Counted from the first letter of the stretch, positions 29,885 through 40,041 are shown. The stretch is 64,000 nt of DNA from Planctomycetota bacterium (GCA_033763815.1 JANRJU010000020.1:78724-142723), one strand, 5' to 3'. The notes: generated from the sequence alone by a model not told the origin. Made by a program: numbers and translations.

Positions 29885-30562
29885 ATGAGCAGGACTGTCA
29901 TGGTGACGGGGGCGGGTCGGGGCATCGGCCTGGAGTTGTGCCGCCAGCTTGCCGCTTCGGGAGACAGCGTGATCGCGTGCGTTCGCGACCCTCGCAGCGC
30001 CGCCCCGCTGCAGGGGATTGCCAGCGACGTGGTATCGCTGGACGTCACGAGCGCCGCCAGCCGCGCCGCCGCCGCAGCGCTCCTGCGCGGCCGCCCAATC
30101 GACGTGCTCATCAACAACGCCGGCGTGAGCAGCACGAGCACGTCCTTGGGCACGCTCGATTTGGACGAAGTCTCGCGCGTCTTCCAGGTCAACTCCGTGG
30201 GCCCCCTGGCAGTCAGTCAACTCCTGCTCTCCAACCTTCGTGCCGGCAAGAGCAAGCTCGTCGTCAACATGACCAGCCAGCTCGGCAGCATCACCAACAA
30301 CAAGGGGGGCTCGAGCTATGCCTACCGCGCGAGCAAGGCCGCGCTGAACATGCTCACCGTCTGCCAGGCTCGCGAGCTTGAACGGGAGGGGTTTATCTGC
30401 GTCGCGATCCACCCGGGATGGGTGAGGACCGACATGGGCGGGCCTCACGCGCCGCTGAGCGTGGAACAGAGCGCCCGCGCCATTCTCTCAACCATGAACG
30501 CGCTCACGCCCGACAAATCGGGTTCGTTCTTGAACTACGACGGAGCCACACTGCCTTGGTAG
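29885..30562 (+). CDS. SDR-family oxidoreductase (CsgA-like short form)
   Basis: VMVTGAGRGIGLELCRQL, NNAGV and YRASKAALN are present. Confidence 0.85.
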   Translation: MSRTVMVTGAGRGIGLELCRQLAASGDSVIACVRDPRSAAPLQGIASDVVSLDVTSAASRAAAAALLRGRPIDVLINNAGVSSTSTSLGTLDLDEVSRVFQVNSVGPLAVSQLLLSNLRAGKSKLVVNMTSQLGSITNNKGGSSYAYRASKAALNMLTVCQARELEREGFICVAIHPGWVRTDMGGPHAPLSVEQSARAILSTMNALTPDKSGSFLNYDGATLPW

Positions 30563-31620
30563 GAACAACCTCGATCCCGCGTCGAAGCGTCCTTCCGCCG
30601 GTCGACCATGCTGGCGAGCCCGATTCTTCCCGCTCGGCCCCCATTCCCCATTCGCCCCCGGTTCCACGCTCTGTCGTGCTGCTGGAGAACCCCAACTCCG
30701 GGCGTGGGCTCGCGGCAACCATCGCGCGCACGCTCGCCGACGCGCTCACCGCCGCGGGACATCGCATCTCCCGCCGCAGCGCGCTCAGCTCGGGCCCGGG
30801 GCACGCGGACGCCGGAACAGATCTCGTCGTCGTCGTGGGAGGCGATGGTTCTGTCCATCACGCCCTCGATGGATTGATCGCCTCCGGCATCCCGGTCTTC
30901 CACGCACCCCTGGGCACGGAGAACCTCTTCGCGCGCCAGTTCGCGATGGCGCCAAAGCCCGAGCAGTTGCTCGCCGCGATCCATCGCTGGCAGGTGCGCG
31001 AGGTCGATGTCGGGCGGTGCCACTTTGAAGGAGGCTCGCGCCGATTCACGATCATGGCGAGCTTCGGCCCCGACGCGAGCGTGATCCACCGCTTGCACGC
31101 CATCAGGCGCGGGCCCATCAGCCACGCGTCCTACGTCTGGCCGTCGCTGCGCGAGGCGGTGGCGCCTCGCTTCGAACCAGTCACGCTCCGCGTCGATGGC
31201 AAGACGCTGGTCGAGCAACGCCCGGGCATGCTGGTCGTTGCCAACTCCCGCCAGTACGCAATGCGGATCGACCCGGCCTCACCCGCGGCGATGGACGACG
31301 GGCTGCTCGATGCTGTCTTCCTGCCCGCCAGCACGAGCATTCGCCTGGTTTCGTGGCTCGTGGGCTCGCGCTTCCGCCGACATCTGCGCGATGCCGACGC
31401 CATCCACGCGCGAGGCAAGCTGATCGAGGTCGTCGGGGCGGCGCCCTGCCAGCTCGATGGCGAGGCGTTCGCGCCCGGCGAGCCATCGTGCGCCCCGGCT
31501 CGACCGGAACCCGCCCGGCAGGCCAACCTCCAAGCTGCCCAACAAGCAACCCAAAGGCAATCGCCGCTCGAACTCCGGTTCGAGCCCGAGTCGCGGGCGC
31601 TTCGCGTGCTACTGCCCTGA
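30556..31620 (+). CDS. diacylglycerol/lipid kinase family protein
   Basis: LLENPNSGRG, VVVGGDGSVHHALDGL and APLGTENLFARQF are present. The start is uncertain: TTG at 30556 with GGAG 10 nt upstream, or GTG at 30676. Confidence 0.7.
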   Translation: MVGTTSIPRRSVLPPVDHAGEPDSSRSAPIPHSPPVPRSVVLLENPNSGRGLAATIARTLADALTAAGHRISRRSALSSGPGHADAGTDLVVVVGGDGSVHHALDGLIASGIPVFHAPLGTENLFARQFAMAPKPEQLLAAIHRWQVREVDVGRCHFEGGSRRFTIMASFGPDASVIHRLHAIRRGPISHASYVWPSLREAVAPRFEPVTLRVDGKTLVEQRPGMLVVANSRQYAMRIDPASPAAMDDGLLDAVFLPASTSIRLVSWLVGSRFRRHLRDADAIHARGKLIEVVGAAPCQLDGEAFAPGEPSCAPARPEPARQANLQAAQQATQRQSPLELRFEPESRALRVLLP

Positions 31621-31662
31621 GCGGCGTCGACCATCGCCCCCCATCCCGCCGGAACAGACAAG

Positions 31663-31685
31663 AAAAAAGCCCGCAACTTGCGGGC
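31663..31685 (-). terminator. intrinsic terminator (minus strand) downstream of the Gly-zipper gene
   Basis: On the minus strand, GCCCGCAAGTTGCGGGC is followed by TTTTTT. Confidence 0.5.
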
Positions 31686-31782
31686 TTGGTCTGCTGCATG
31701 GATGGCTCTCAAGCCTTCAGGCCTTCAGGCTCTCGACTATCGAGCCCGTGCACGTGAACCTGCCCTAAGCGCGGAGACGGGT

Positions 31783-32103
31783 TCAGCGATCGCGCGAGTT
31801 CCGGTCGTTCTGATCGCCGATGATCAGCCCGCCGATGCCGCCGATCACCGCGCCGGCGGCGGCGCCCTTGCCCATGTCGCCGGTCAGCGAACCCAGGGCC
31901 AAGCCGCCCAAGGCACCGAGCGCCGCACCGCTCAGCAAGCCCTGACCCGCGTCGTCGCAGCCCGAGGTCCCGACGAGCATTGCCGAGGCGACCGCCACGA
32001 CGCCCAGGGCTCGCATCCGGTGCTGGCCCGCACCCCGGAGACCCACGTGACCCGCACCAACCGCACGACCCACGCGACCCACGGGCAACATCCCAGACGA
32101 CAT
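31783..32103 (-). CDS. glycine-zipper lipoprotein
   Basis: GGAGAA lies 6 nt before the ATG at 32103. The lipobox is LVGTSGC. GALGALGGLALGSLTGDMGKGAAAGAVIGGIGGLIIG forms the Gly-zipper. Confidence 0.6.
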   Translation of the reverse strand: MSSGMLPVGRVGRAVGAGHVGLRGAGQHRMRALGVVAVASAMLVGTSGCDDAGQGLLSGAALGALGGLALGSLTGDMGKGAAAGAVIGGIGGLIIGDQNDRNSRDR

Positions 32104-32371
32104 TGTGCGTTCTCCTAGTCCGACGGGACTCGCGAAACACCCGCGAGCCGGTCGGCGATCAATCCCTTGAGACACTCCGACCCGAGTCAGATCCGAATGC
32201 CGTGAATTCTACTCGCGCCGACTGCGGAAGTTCCCACCACCCAAACAAATCCAAAACCGAACAGATCCTCAACTGAGCCGCGCGACCCCACCACGCACTG
32301 CTCCCGTTCTTTCGGATGCGCAAGACCCGCTTTTTGAGTCGAGCCCGCGCCCGCCGGGCATCAAGAAAGCC

Positions 32372-33076
32372 CTAGTTCCAACTGCACCCCTTGGGCCATT
32401 CCTCGGAGCGTTGTGCCGCGGCTTTTCGGACGAGCGATCCGAGGTGACGCAACTCCCGGAAGATCAACCTCGAACGCGACTCGACGTCGCCGTCGGCCAG
32501 TAGTCGATACCGCAGTTCCGCATCCGAGATCACGGCGTAGGACACGAGTTCGAGTACCGCCGCCGTGGGCACGCTCGGGTTCTCGATGTACTCGCTCAAC
32601 GGGCGCGCCGCCCGTAGCTTCGTGAGCGGGTCGCTGCTGAGTAACCGCTTAATCTCAACGCGGACCGGCGCGAGCGTCTTTTCGTCCGGAGTGCCAAGCC
32701 CGATGGGCTCCAGCATCGCCGAGCGATACAGCCGATCGCCCTCGGGCTTGAGTTCCTTCACGATCCTCGCCCGGCACCTACCCTGCAGCAGGATCGCAAA
32801 CCGCCCGTCGGCGAGCCGCTCGTGCTCGATAATCTGCCCGATGCACACCGCGGGCCTCAGGGGCGGACGCCCGTGGTACTGCTGCTTCCAGGCCTCACCC
32901 TCGAAGCTCGCCATCGCGATGAAGCCCGGGCCGTCGAGCGCCCCGGCAACCATCTGGCGATACCGGGGCTCGAAGACGTGCAAAGGCAGGACCTGCAGCG
33001 GAAGCAGCACCACCTGGTCCAATGGAAACAGCGGGATGGGCCTTTCGAAGTTGATCGGCACGCACTCGTCACTCAT
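32372..33076 (-). CDS. LON N-terminal (substrate-binding) domain protein
   Basis: IPLFPLDQVVLLPLQVLPLHVFEPRYRQMV is present, and there is no AAA or protease part. Confidence 0.8.
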   Translation of the reverse strand: MSDECVPINFERPIPLFPLDQVVLLPLQVLPLHVFEPRYRQMVAGALDGPGFIAMASFEGEAWKQQYHGRPPLRPAVCIGQIIEHERLADGRFAILLQGRCRARIVKELKPEGDRLYRSAMLEPIGLGTPDEKTLAPVRVEIKRLLSSDPLTKLRAARPLSEYIENPSVPTAAVLELVSYAVISDAELRYRLLADGDVESRSRLIFRELRHLGSLVRKAAAQRSEEWPKGCSWN

Positions 33077-33257
33077 GCCGCGCTCCGGGCCCCGCGACTG
33101 GCGCTCGACGGTTCGAACGAACCATTCCTTCGCCGCGTTGGATGATAGCCGAGCGCATGCTCGTTCAAATCCAAGCCCTCAGGTGCTGAGGGTTCATCTC
33201 TACCACCTCATGACCTCACGCACGCGGTTCACATCGCCTCGGAGCGTCGCCCGGGCT

Positions 33258-34466
33258 ATGAACTTGTGCATGAACTCGTCCTCGAGCTGGTCCATGAACG
33301 TGCGCCCGAACCGCCACCAGAACAGTCTCCAGTTCCACCCGAACTTCACCCAGCCGGCGTCTGGAGTTCCGCACCCGCGCCGCCTGGCGGGCGCGCGGCG
33401 CACGATACGGGCGATCATCGCGCTCGCGCTGCTGCAGCCCTTGGCCGGATGCATCGTGTGGGAACTGCGCGACGAGCTTCGCGAGGCGAACCAGCAGCTC
33501 ACATCGGTGAACACCGATCTCGTCGCCGCCAACGCCCGGCTCGACAATGCCAACACACGGCTCGACGAGGCCAACGAGCGCCTGGAGTATGTCGAAGCGA
33601 GCCTGGTGCGTCTGGACCGCACCAACGAGCTTGTCGACAACGTCGACGCCAAGTTGCTGACGACCAACGATTCGCTCGGTGACACCAACGCCGTCCTGGG
33701 CACGCTCCGGGGCCAGCAGCTCCCCACCGTGACCAACTCCATGACGCGTTTGGACGCGCACTTGGCTTCGCTGCGCAAGTCGCTGGAGTCATTGAGCGAC
33801 ACGGTTCCGTTCCTCGACTTTGGGGGCGATCCGGTTGAGACCACGCCGGGCGTGCCGCAACTGGCAGAGGAACCACTCTCGGAACCCCAGCGTGACCCCC
33901 AGATCGCAGCAGCCCCGGAGGGTGAGCTGGCCACCGCCCCCGCCGCTCCGGGCTCCCAGCCCGAACCTTCCGGGCCGGGCGAAGCTCCAGTATCCGGTGA
34001 AGCTGGCGCGCCGGGCGAAGCAGCCGACGCATCTTCGCCTGCGCCCGTCAATCAGCAGAAGGCTGGCGCTTCTGTCGCCCAGCCCCAGGCTCGCCCGCGC
34101 CCCTCACCGATCTCCGGCGTGTGGGTGAGCGCATATCCAGACGATCGCATCGCGATCATCCTGCTGCCCGATGGGCGATTTGTGCGTTCGACGCTTCCTC
34201 CTCAGCCAGGGGCCGGTCAGTCGGCCGGCTCGCGAGGCTCGAGTTCCGCATCGACGCTTTCGTCGAGCCCATCGTTGCTCCGCGGCACGTGGACACTCGC
34301 CAGCGGCGAGCTTCGCCTCAGCCCCGAAGCCCCACCGCCCCCGGCGGGTCAGGCGGCTACTCCGGTTGAGCCGCCCGCGAGCATCGCCGCCCGCGTCATT
34401 CAGGCGTCCGCACGCGTCCTGGCAATCGAGGACTCGGATGGCCTGGTGATCTTCCGCAGGCCATAG
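33258..34466 (+). CDS. lipoprotein with an Lpp-like coiled coil, a Pro/Ala linker and a C-terminal globular part
   Basis: The lipobox is LLQPLAGC. It is followed by LREANQQLTSVNTDLVAANARLDNANTRLDEANERLEYVEASL. The start is one of the ATGs at 33258, 33270 or 33294; the longest ORF (from 32565) overlaps the LON-N gene. Confidence 0.6.
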   Translation: MNLCMNSSSSWSMNVRPNRHQNSLQFHPNFTQPASGVPHPRRLAGARRTIRAIIALALLQPLAGCIVWELRDELREANQQLTSVNTDLVAANARLDNANTRLDEANERLEYVEASLVRLDRTNELVDNVDAKLLTTNDSLGDTNAVLGTLRGQQLPTVTNSMTRLDAHLASLRKSLESLSDTVPFLDFGGDPVETTPGVPQLAEEPLSEPQRDPQIAAAPEGELATAPAAPGSQPEPSGPGEAPVSGEAGAPGEAADASSPAPVNQQKAGASVAQPQARPRPSPISGVWVSAYPDDRIAIILLPDGRFVRSTLPPQPGAGQSAGSRGSSSASTLSSSPSLLRGTWTLASGELRLSPEAPPPPAGQAATPVEPPASIAARVIQASARVLAIEDSDGLVIFRRP

Positions 34467-34578
34467 CAATCACCGCGGCGATGCTGGTCTAGCCAGGGAC
34501 GCCCGTGAGCCGCCTGACTTGGCGCTCGCGGCTGTTCCCCGCAGCCCATGGTCGGCCCGAAAGAGTGGCGCCACAGCC

Positions 34579-34607
34579 AAAAACAAAGCGACGCCCCAGT
34601 CGGGGCG
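34579..34607 (-). terminator. intrinsic terminator after rpsT
   Basis: On the minus strand, CGCCCC-GACT-GGGGCG is followed by TCGCTTTGTTTTTGG. Confidence 0.55.
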
Positions 34608-34639
34608 CCGCAGCCACACCAATCGTGATCAAGTTGGAG

Positions 34640-34927
34640 TTACGCGGGCTTTGCGGCGGCCGCGAGCTTCTTCGCCTTGACGCGTGCGCTCAACCGGCTC
34701 TTGCGCCGGGCGGCAGTGTTCTTGTGGATCACACCCTTAGCCGCGGTGCGATCGATGATCTGGCTCACCTTGCGGAACTGCTCGCTGGTGTCTTCAACCG
34801 TACCGTGCAGGAGCTTCTCGTTCAGGTCCTTGATGGCGTCGCGCATGATCCGCAAGCGCCAGCGATTGCGGGCGCGGTGCTCGATATTCTGACGAACGCG
34901 CTTGCGGGCGGTGCGACTGTGAGCCAT
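34640..34927 (-). CDS. rpsT: 30S ribosomal protein S20
   Basis: MAHSRTARKRVRQNIEHRARNR...IDRTAAKGVIHKNTAARRKSRL matches the S20 pattern. Confidence 0.9.
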   Translation of the reverse strand: MAHSRTARKRVRQNIEHRARNRWRLRIMRDAIKDLNEKLLHGTVEDTSEQFRKVSQIIDRTAAKGVIHKNTAARRKSRLSARVKAKKLAAAAKPA

Positions 34928-35223
34928 CTGGCGTTTTACCGGCAGAGATCTGCCGCTCCTTTTCAACCTTCAAGACACGCGGACCAAAGCACGACTGCGC
35001 CGAACCCGAGCCGCTCGGGGAGCGCTCGGGTGGGAAGAGAAGTGTTGCTCCCTGCCGGCGGAAATCAAGCGGCGGTTTCCCGTTTACCCAGGCCGGGCGT
35101 ATTCCGCCAAGTTTCCCAACCAGCTCGCCGACCAGCTTCCCGATCCAGCTTGCCGACTGGTTTTGGGGCGGCGGGCGTCCGCCCTTCTATAGTCGGGCCC
35201 TTGGGGGATTCGGAGGAGGATCC

Positions 35224-35898
35224 ATGGTGCGCCAAGTGATTTCCCTTGCCTTGATCACCTCGTGCGGCGTGATGGTGTCCGGGTGCGACCAGCAAGCCAG
35301 TCCGGGGACCGGCTCGGGAACCAGTTCGGGGGCGACCGGCGGAAGCACGTCGCTCTTGGGCAAGAGCCGGGACATGGCCAAAGACGTGGCTGCCGACGCC
35401 GCCGAGCGGCAAGCCGCGGTGGCGGGCGCCGCGCAGGGCATCACCGGCGGCTCAATGGCCGATGTCGGCCCTGTTTCCTTCCCGGTTCCGGACGGGTGGC
35501 GCTCGGTGCCTCCCGCCAATCCCATGCGAGCTGCAGAAATGCGCTTCGGCGAAGGCGAGGGTGAATGCCTCGTCACCTTCAGCCTCGTGCGGGGCGACGT
35601 TGCAAGCAACATCGAGCGCTGGCGCCGGCAGGTCACCACGCTCACGGGTGAGCCCGTCGCTGGCACGCAAGAGACGCGGACCATCTCCGGAAAGCCCGTC
35701 ACGACGATCGAGCTGGAGGGGGTCTTTACCGACCAGATGACCGGTCGATCGGCCACGCCCGACTGGATGGTTCGCGGAGCCGTCGTTGAACTCGGCGGCG
35801 GGCAGCTCGCAGCGGTCAAGATGACCGGGCCGAGCTCCACGATGCGGCAAGCCGCGCAGGGATGGACGCAGCTCGTGAGCGGCATGCAGTCTCGATAA
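35224..35898 (+). CDS. lipoprotein of unknown function
   Basis: GGAGGAGGA precedes the ATG. The lipobox is VMVSGC, followed by a Gly/Ser-rich linker. Confidence 0.7.
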   Translation: MVRQVISLALITSCGVMVSGCDQQASPGTGSGTSSGATGGSTSLLGKSRDMAKDVAADAAERQAAVAGAAQGITGGSMADVGPVSFPVPDGWRSVPPANPMRAAEMRFGEGEGECLVTFSLVRGDVASNIERWRRQVTTLTGEPVAGTQETRTISGKPVTTIELEGVFTDQMTGRSATPDWMVRGAVVELGGGQLAAVKMTGPSSTMRQAAQGWTQLVSGMQSR

Positions 35899-36143
35899 CG
35901 CCTCCTGCGTCTCTGAACCCCGGACTCGCCCGGGCCCTCCGGGCCCCGCACTCCGGGGAGGGGGCTGAGGTCAAGACCGGATCTTCCGTGAGTTTGCGAG
36001 CAGAGCGCTTGCCTGAGGTATCTGCGCCGCAGCTTTTGTCCATAAGGTGTGAATGAAGGGACGATGATTCACCGCACACGCGGACGCTGGCAGCGACGAG
36101 CGTGACCTGATCCCTCGGGATCCAAGACAGGAAGGAGTACTGC

Positions 36144-36932
36144 TTGCGTTATCGCAGCCTTGCGTGGGCGCCCGCGATGCTTGTCGGGGCGTCGGTTGTG
36201 TTCGCAGGACCGTCAAACGGATCTGGCCCCTCGGATCGTGGCTTGGTTCGCCCGACCGACTGGCCGGGAAGTTCAGGAGATTCCGGCAGCCCTGGAAATC
36301 CAGATGGACCCTCGGGGGGCGGCAACAGTGAAGGGGGCGATGGCGGTGGCTCGCATTGGAGCGAGGAGTTCCCCGGGTGGCGCGGGTACAGCCCCTGGCG
36401 TGATCGTTCCGAGCGAATGGCCATCCTCGATCGCGCCGGTGCGGTCGTTCCCCTGCAGTTCGATGAAGAACTCAACGTCATTCCGCCGACGCCGGTTTAC
36501 CCGGCGCGCGAGGAACGCATCCGCACCGGCATGCCCAACTTCCGCTGGGTGGACAAGTCGGTCCGCGGCACATACATGCTCATCATCTTGACTCGGCTTG
36601 AGCCCGACAGCTCGCCTGAAGCCGAGGCTTCCTACGACGGACTGGTGGGCGAGTCGTTCCAGTTGCCGGAGGAGCACGAGCTGCCTCCCGGCCGGTACCG
36701 CTGGGAACTGGGATCGGCCCAGCCCTTCCTGGGCGGCTATTTCCACGAACCGACCGAGTTCGTGGTGCTGCACCAGGCCGATCTCAACGGCGACGAAGCG
36801 GTCGACGTGCTGGACTACTCGGCGTTTATGAGCGCGTACGCCATCGAGGACGCCCTGGCCGACTTCGACCAGAACGGGACGATCGACTTCCTTGACCTGC
36901 TGGATTTCATCGCGGCATATCGAGGCGGGTGA
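36144..36932 (+). CDS. secreted protein with a Cys-less variant of the dockerin-like tail
   Basis: TTG start 6 nt after GGAAGGAG, with a signal peptide and a Gly/Ser/Pro-rich stretch. The protein ends DLNGDEAVDVLDYSAFMSAYAIEDALADFDQNGTIDFLDLLDFIAAYRGG followed by the stop. Confidence 0.7.
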   Translation: MRYRSLAWAPAMLVGASVVFAGPSNGSGPSDRGLVRPTDWPGSSGDSGSPGNPDGPSGGGNSEGGDGGGSHWSEEFPGWRGYSPWRDRSERMAILDRAGAVVPLQFDEELNVIPPTPVYPAREERIRTGMPNFRWVDKSVRGTYMLIILTRLEPDSSPEAEASYDGLVGESFQLPEEHELPPGRYRWELGSAQPFLGGYFHEPTEFVVLHQADLNGDEAVDVLDYSAFMSAYAIEDALADFDQNGTIDFLDLLDFIAAYRGG

Positions 36933-37023
36933 TCAGGGGTCGAGGGAATCCCGAGCGGGTGTATAGTCCGTGCTTTTCCCCGAGCGGCGCACGACGCGCC
37001 GCACGGGCCCCGAGGAGACGGCA

Positions 37024-39957
37024 ATGACCTGGTCGAGCGTCGCGATCCGGCGGCAGTTCATCGAGTTCTACAAGCTCAAGCCCAGCAACGCGAATGGGCA
37101 CGCCTTCGTGCCCTCTTCGCCCGTGGTCCCACACGACGACCCGACGCTGCTCTTTGCCAACGCCGGGATGAACCAGTTCAAGAAGATCTTCCTTGGTCAG
37201 GCCGACCGGGGGAGCGAGCTTGGCAAGCTCAAGCGGGCCGTGAACAGCCAGAAGTGCATCCGCGCGGGCGGCAAGCACAACGACCTGGAGGACGTCGGGC
37301 ACGACACCTATCACCACACCTTCTTTGAGATGCTGGGGAACTGGTCATTCGGCGACTACTTCAAGGCCGAGAGCATCGCCTGGGGCTGGGAACTGCTCAC
37401 CAACGTCTACGGGATCGATCCCTCGCGCCTCTACGCGACGTACTTCGGCGGGAACGAGGCCGCGGGCCTCAAGCCCGACGAAGAGGCCCGCGACATCTGG
37501 CTCACGTTCCTTCCGCCCAGCCACGTCCTGCCCGGAAACATGAAGGACAACTTCTGGGAGATGGGCGACACCGGTCCCTGCGGCCCGTGCTCGGAGATCC
37601 ACTACGACCGCGTTGGCGAGGAAGAACGCGGCCGCGACGCGGCACACCTGGTCAACACCGGCGATCCGATGGTGATCGAGATCTGGAACCACGTCTTCAT
37701 CCAGTTCAATCGCGAAGAAGGCGGCGCGCTGCGACCGCTGCCCGCCAAGCACGTCGACACGGGCATGGGCTTTGAACGCCTGACCTCCGTGCTCCAGAAC
37801 GTCAACAGCAACTACGACACCGACATCTTCGCGCCGATCTTCCAGGCCATCGAGCGCGCCACCGGCGTCCGGCCCTACATGGGCCGCCTCGGCGCCTCGG
37901 ACACCGACAAGGTGGATACGGCCTATCGCGTGATCGCGGACCACATCCGCACGCTCACCTTCGCGCTCACCGACGGAGCGGTGCCCAGCAACGTCGGGCG
38001 GGGCTACGTGCTCAGGCGAATCCTTCGAAGGGCCGTGCGCTACGGGCGGCAGATGCTCGGCGCCAAGAACGGGTTCTTCGCGAACCTCGTGCCCGTCGTC
38101 GCCCAGCACATGGGCGAGGCGTTTCCCGAGCTGCGCCGGAACCCCGACAAGGTCGCGGCGATCATCCTGGAAGAAGAAGAGAGCTTCGGGCGCACGCTCG
38201 ACCGCGGCATCAAGCTGTTCGAGGACGTCGCGAAGAAGGCCGCGACGAAGACGATCTCGGGTCCGGATGCATTCAAGCTGTACGACACCTATGGGTTCCC
38301 GATCGATCTCACGGCACTGATGGCGCAGGAGCGGGGCCTGGCGGTCGACATGGCGGGATACGAGGCCGAGCGCAAGAAGGCCGAGGAGCTTTCGCGCGCA
38401 GGCGGTCAGGGCGAGGGGGGCGAGAAGCCCCTGGCGTTGTCGGCCGACGCTGTCGCGAGCCTGCACAAGCTCAACATCGCGACGACGGAAGACTGGGCGA
38501 AGTTCGACTCCAAGAACCTCTCGGCCAAGGTCGTCGCGATCTACAACGGCGACAACTTCGACGAGCACGTTCGCGGGAGCCAGTTGCTCGGCAAGGCGGT
38601 CGCGATCATCCTTGACAAGACGAACTTCTACGCCGAGATGGGTGGCCAGGAAGCCGACCACGGCAGGCTGAACACGATCGGCGAGACCCGGAATACGGGC
38701 GTGACCGACGCTCGTGGTTTGGGCACCGACACGCACATCGGGGGCGAGTTCCGCGTCGAGGACGTCAAGGTCTTCGCGGGTTACGTGCTTCACATCGGGC
38801 ACCTGATGCGGGGCGAGATCCGCGTGGGCGACCGCGTCATGGCCCATGTTGATCGATCCCGCCGCGGGCCGATCCAGGCCAACCACACCGCGACGCACCT
38901 CATGAATCTCGGGCTGCGCAACACCTTGGGCGACCATGTCGACCAGAAGGGTTCGCTGGTCGCGCCGGATCGCCTGCGGTTCGACTTCACCAACGCCGGG
39001 CCCGTCGCGCCCGAGCAGATCGCGAGCGTGGAAGCGATCGTTCGCGACGCGATCCGCAGCGACCTGCCCGTCTTTGCGCAGCTGGCGCACCTCAGCGAGG
39101 CCAAGCAGGTCAATGGCGTGCGGGCCGTCTTTGGCGAAACCTACCCGGACCCCGTTCGCGTTGTTTCCATCGGGGTGCCCGCCGCGGATCTGCTCGCCAA
39201 CCCGACCAACGAACGCTGGCGCAGTGTCTCCGTCGAGTTCTGCGGCGGAACACACGTCGCCCGGACCTCCGAGATCGGACCGTTCACGATCATCGCGGAA
39301 GAAGCGGTCGCCAAAGGCGTTCGCCGCCTCGTGGCGCTCACGGGCGTGCCCGCGGAAGCAGCACTGCAAGCAGGCGAGGCGAGCGCGGCCCGAGTTCGCG
39401 CTCTTGGAACGCTGCCCGACGATCGACTGGCCTCCGAGTTGAACGAGGTGAGCGCGGAGCTTGACCAGCTCACGATGCCTCTGACCCGACGCGCGGAGCT
39501 GCGCGCCCTGCTCGCGGCGCAGCAGGAGCGCGTCAAGGCGCTAGCGAAGAAGGCCGCGGCGGGCAGAGCCGACGAGGCGATCAAGAAGGCCAGGCAGATC
39601 GCGGACACCTCGGCAGCAACGCTCGAGGAGACGATCGTCGCGTCGATCGACATGCCCGACGATCGCCAGGCGCTGCTCGCGGCGGTCAAGCTGGTGCGCG
39701 ACAAGTGTCCCAAGTCCGCCGTGATGCTCGTGGGAGTGGATCACGAACAGGACAAGCTCTCCATCGCCGCGGCAATCCCGGAGGGGCTGGTGGCCCGCGG
39801 GCTCAAAGCCGGTGACTGGGTCCGCGATGCGTGTGCCGCGTGCGGCGGCAAGGGCGGGGGCAAGCCCGACTCGGCGCAGGGCGGCGGCGCGGGCGTGGGC
39901 AACTTGAAGGCGGTGCTCGAGGCCGGTCGGGCATACACGTACCGGATTTTGAAGTAG
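37024..39957 (+). CDS. alaS: alanine--tRNA ligase
   Basis: FIEFYK...GHAFVPSSPVVPHDDPTLLFANAGMNQFK, the HHTFFEMLGNWSFGDYFK region, WNHVFIQFNR, the editing-domain motifs HTATHLM and CGGTHV, and a C-terminal GGGKPDSAQGGG are all present. Confidence 0.95.
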   Translation: MTWSSVAIRRQFIEFYKLKPSNANGHAFVPSSPVVPHDDPTLLFANAGMNQFKKIFLGQADRGSELGKLKRAVNSQKCIRAGGKHNDLEDVGHDTYHHTFFEMLGNWSFGDYFKAESIAWGWELLTNVYGIDPSRLYATYFGGNEAAGLKPDEEARDIWLTFLPPSHVLPGNMKDNFWEMGDTGPCGPCSEIHYDRVGEEERGRDAAHLVNTGDPMVIEIWNHVFIQFNREEGGALRPLPAKHVDTGMGFERLTSVLQNVNSNYDTDIFAPIFQAIERATGVRPYMGRLGASDTDKVDTAYRVIADHIRTLTFALTDGAVPSNVGRGYVLRRILRRAVRYGRQMLGAKNGFFANLVPVVAQHMGEAFPELRRNPDKVAAIILEEEESFGRTLDRGIKLFEDVAKKAATKTISGPDAFKLYDTYGFPIDLTALMAQERGLAVDMAGYEAERKKAEELSRAGGQGEGGEKPLALSADAVASLHKLNIATTEDWAKFDSKNLSAKVVAIYNGDNFDEHVRGSQLLGKAVAIILDKTNFYAEMGGQEADHGRLNTIGETRNTGVTDARGLGTDTHIGGEFRVEDVKVFAGYVLHIGHLMRGEIRVGDRVMAHVDRSRRGPIQANHTATHLMNLGLRNTLGDHVDQKGSLVAPDRLRFDFTNAGPVAPEQIASVEAIVRDAIRSDLPVFAQLAHLSEAKQVNGVRAVFGETYPDPVRVVSIGVPAADLLANPTNERWRSVSVEFCGGTHVARTSEIGPFTIIAEEAVAKGVRRLVALTGVPAEAALQAGEASAARVRALGTLPDDRLASELNEVSAELDQLTMPLTRRAELRALLAAQQERVKALAKKAAAGRADEAIKKARQIADTSAATLEETIVASIDMPDDRQALLAAVKLVRDKCPKSAVMLVGVDHEQDKLSIAAAIPEGLVARGLKAGDWVRDACAACGGKGGGKPDSAQGGGAGVGNLKAVLEAGRAYTYRILK

Positions 39958-40041
39958 ACCCGTAGATGACTCGCGGCGTTCCTTGGGCACTTGGCCATGG
40001 CGCCCTCGCTCCAGCCGGTCGGACGCCGCTCGTTGTGTCAT

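Noticed and set aside
33100-33180. tRNA-like T-loop strings (GGTTCGAAC and GTTCAAATCC)
   Set aside because: The flanking bases do not form a T-stem, acceptor stem or anticodon arm. I found no tRNA or rRNA gene anywhere in the window.
37345-39369. 674-aa minus-strand ORF inside alaS
   Set aside because: It is antisense to a gene with unambiguous AlaRS motifs, and its composition is R/G/D/V-rich low complexity.
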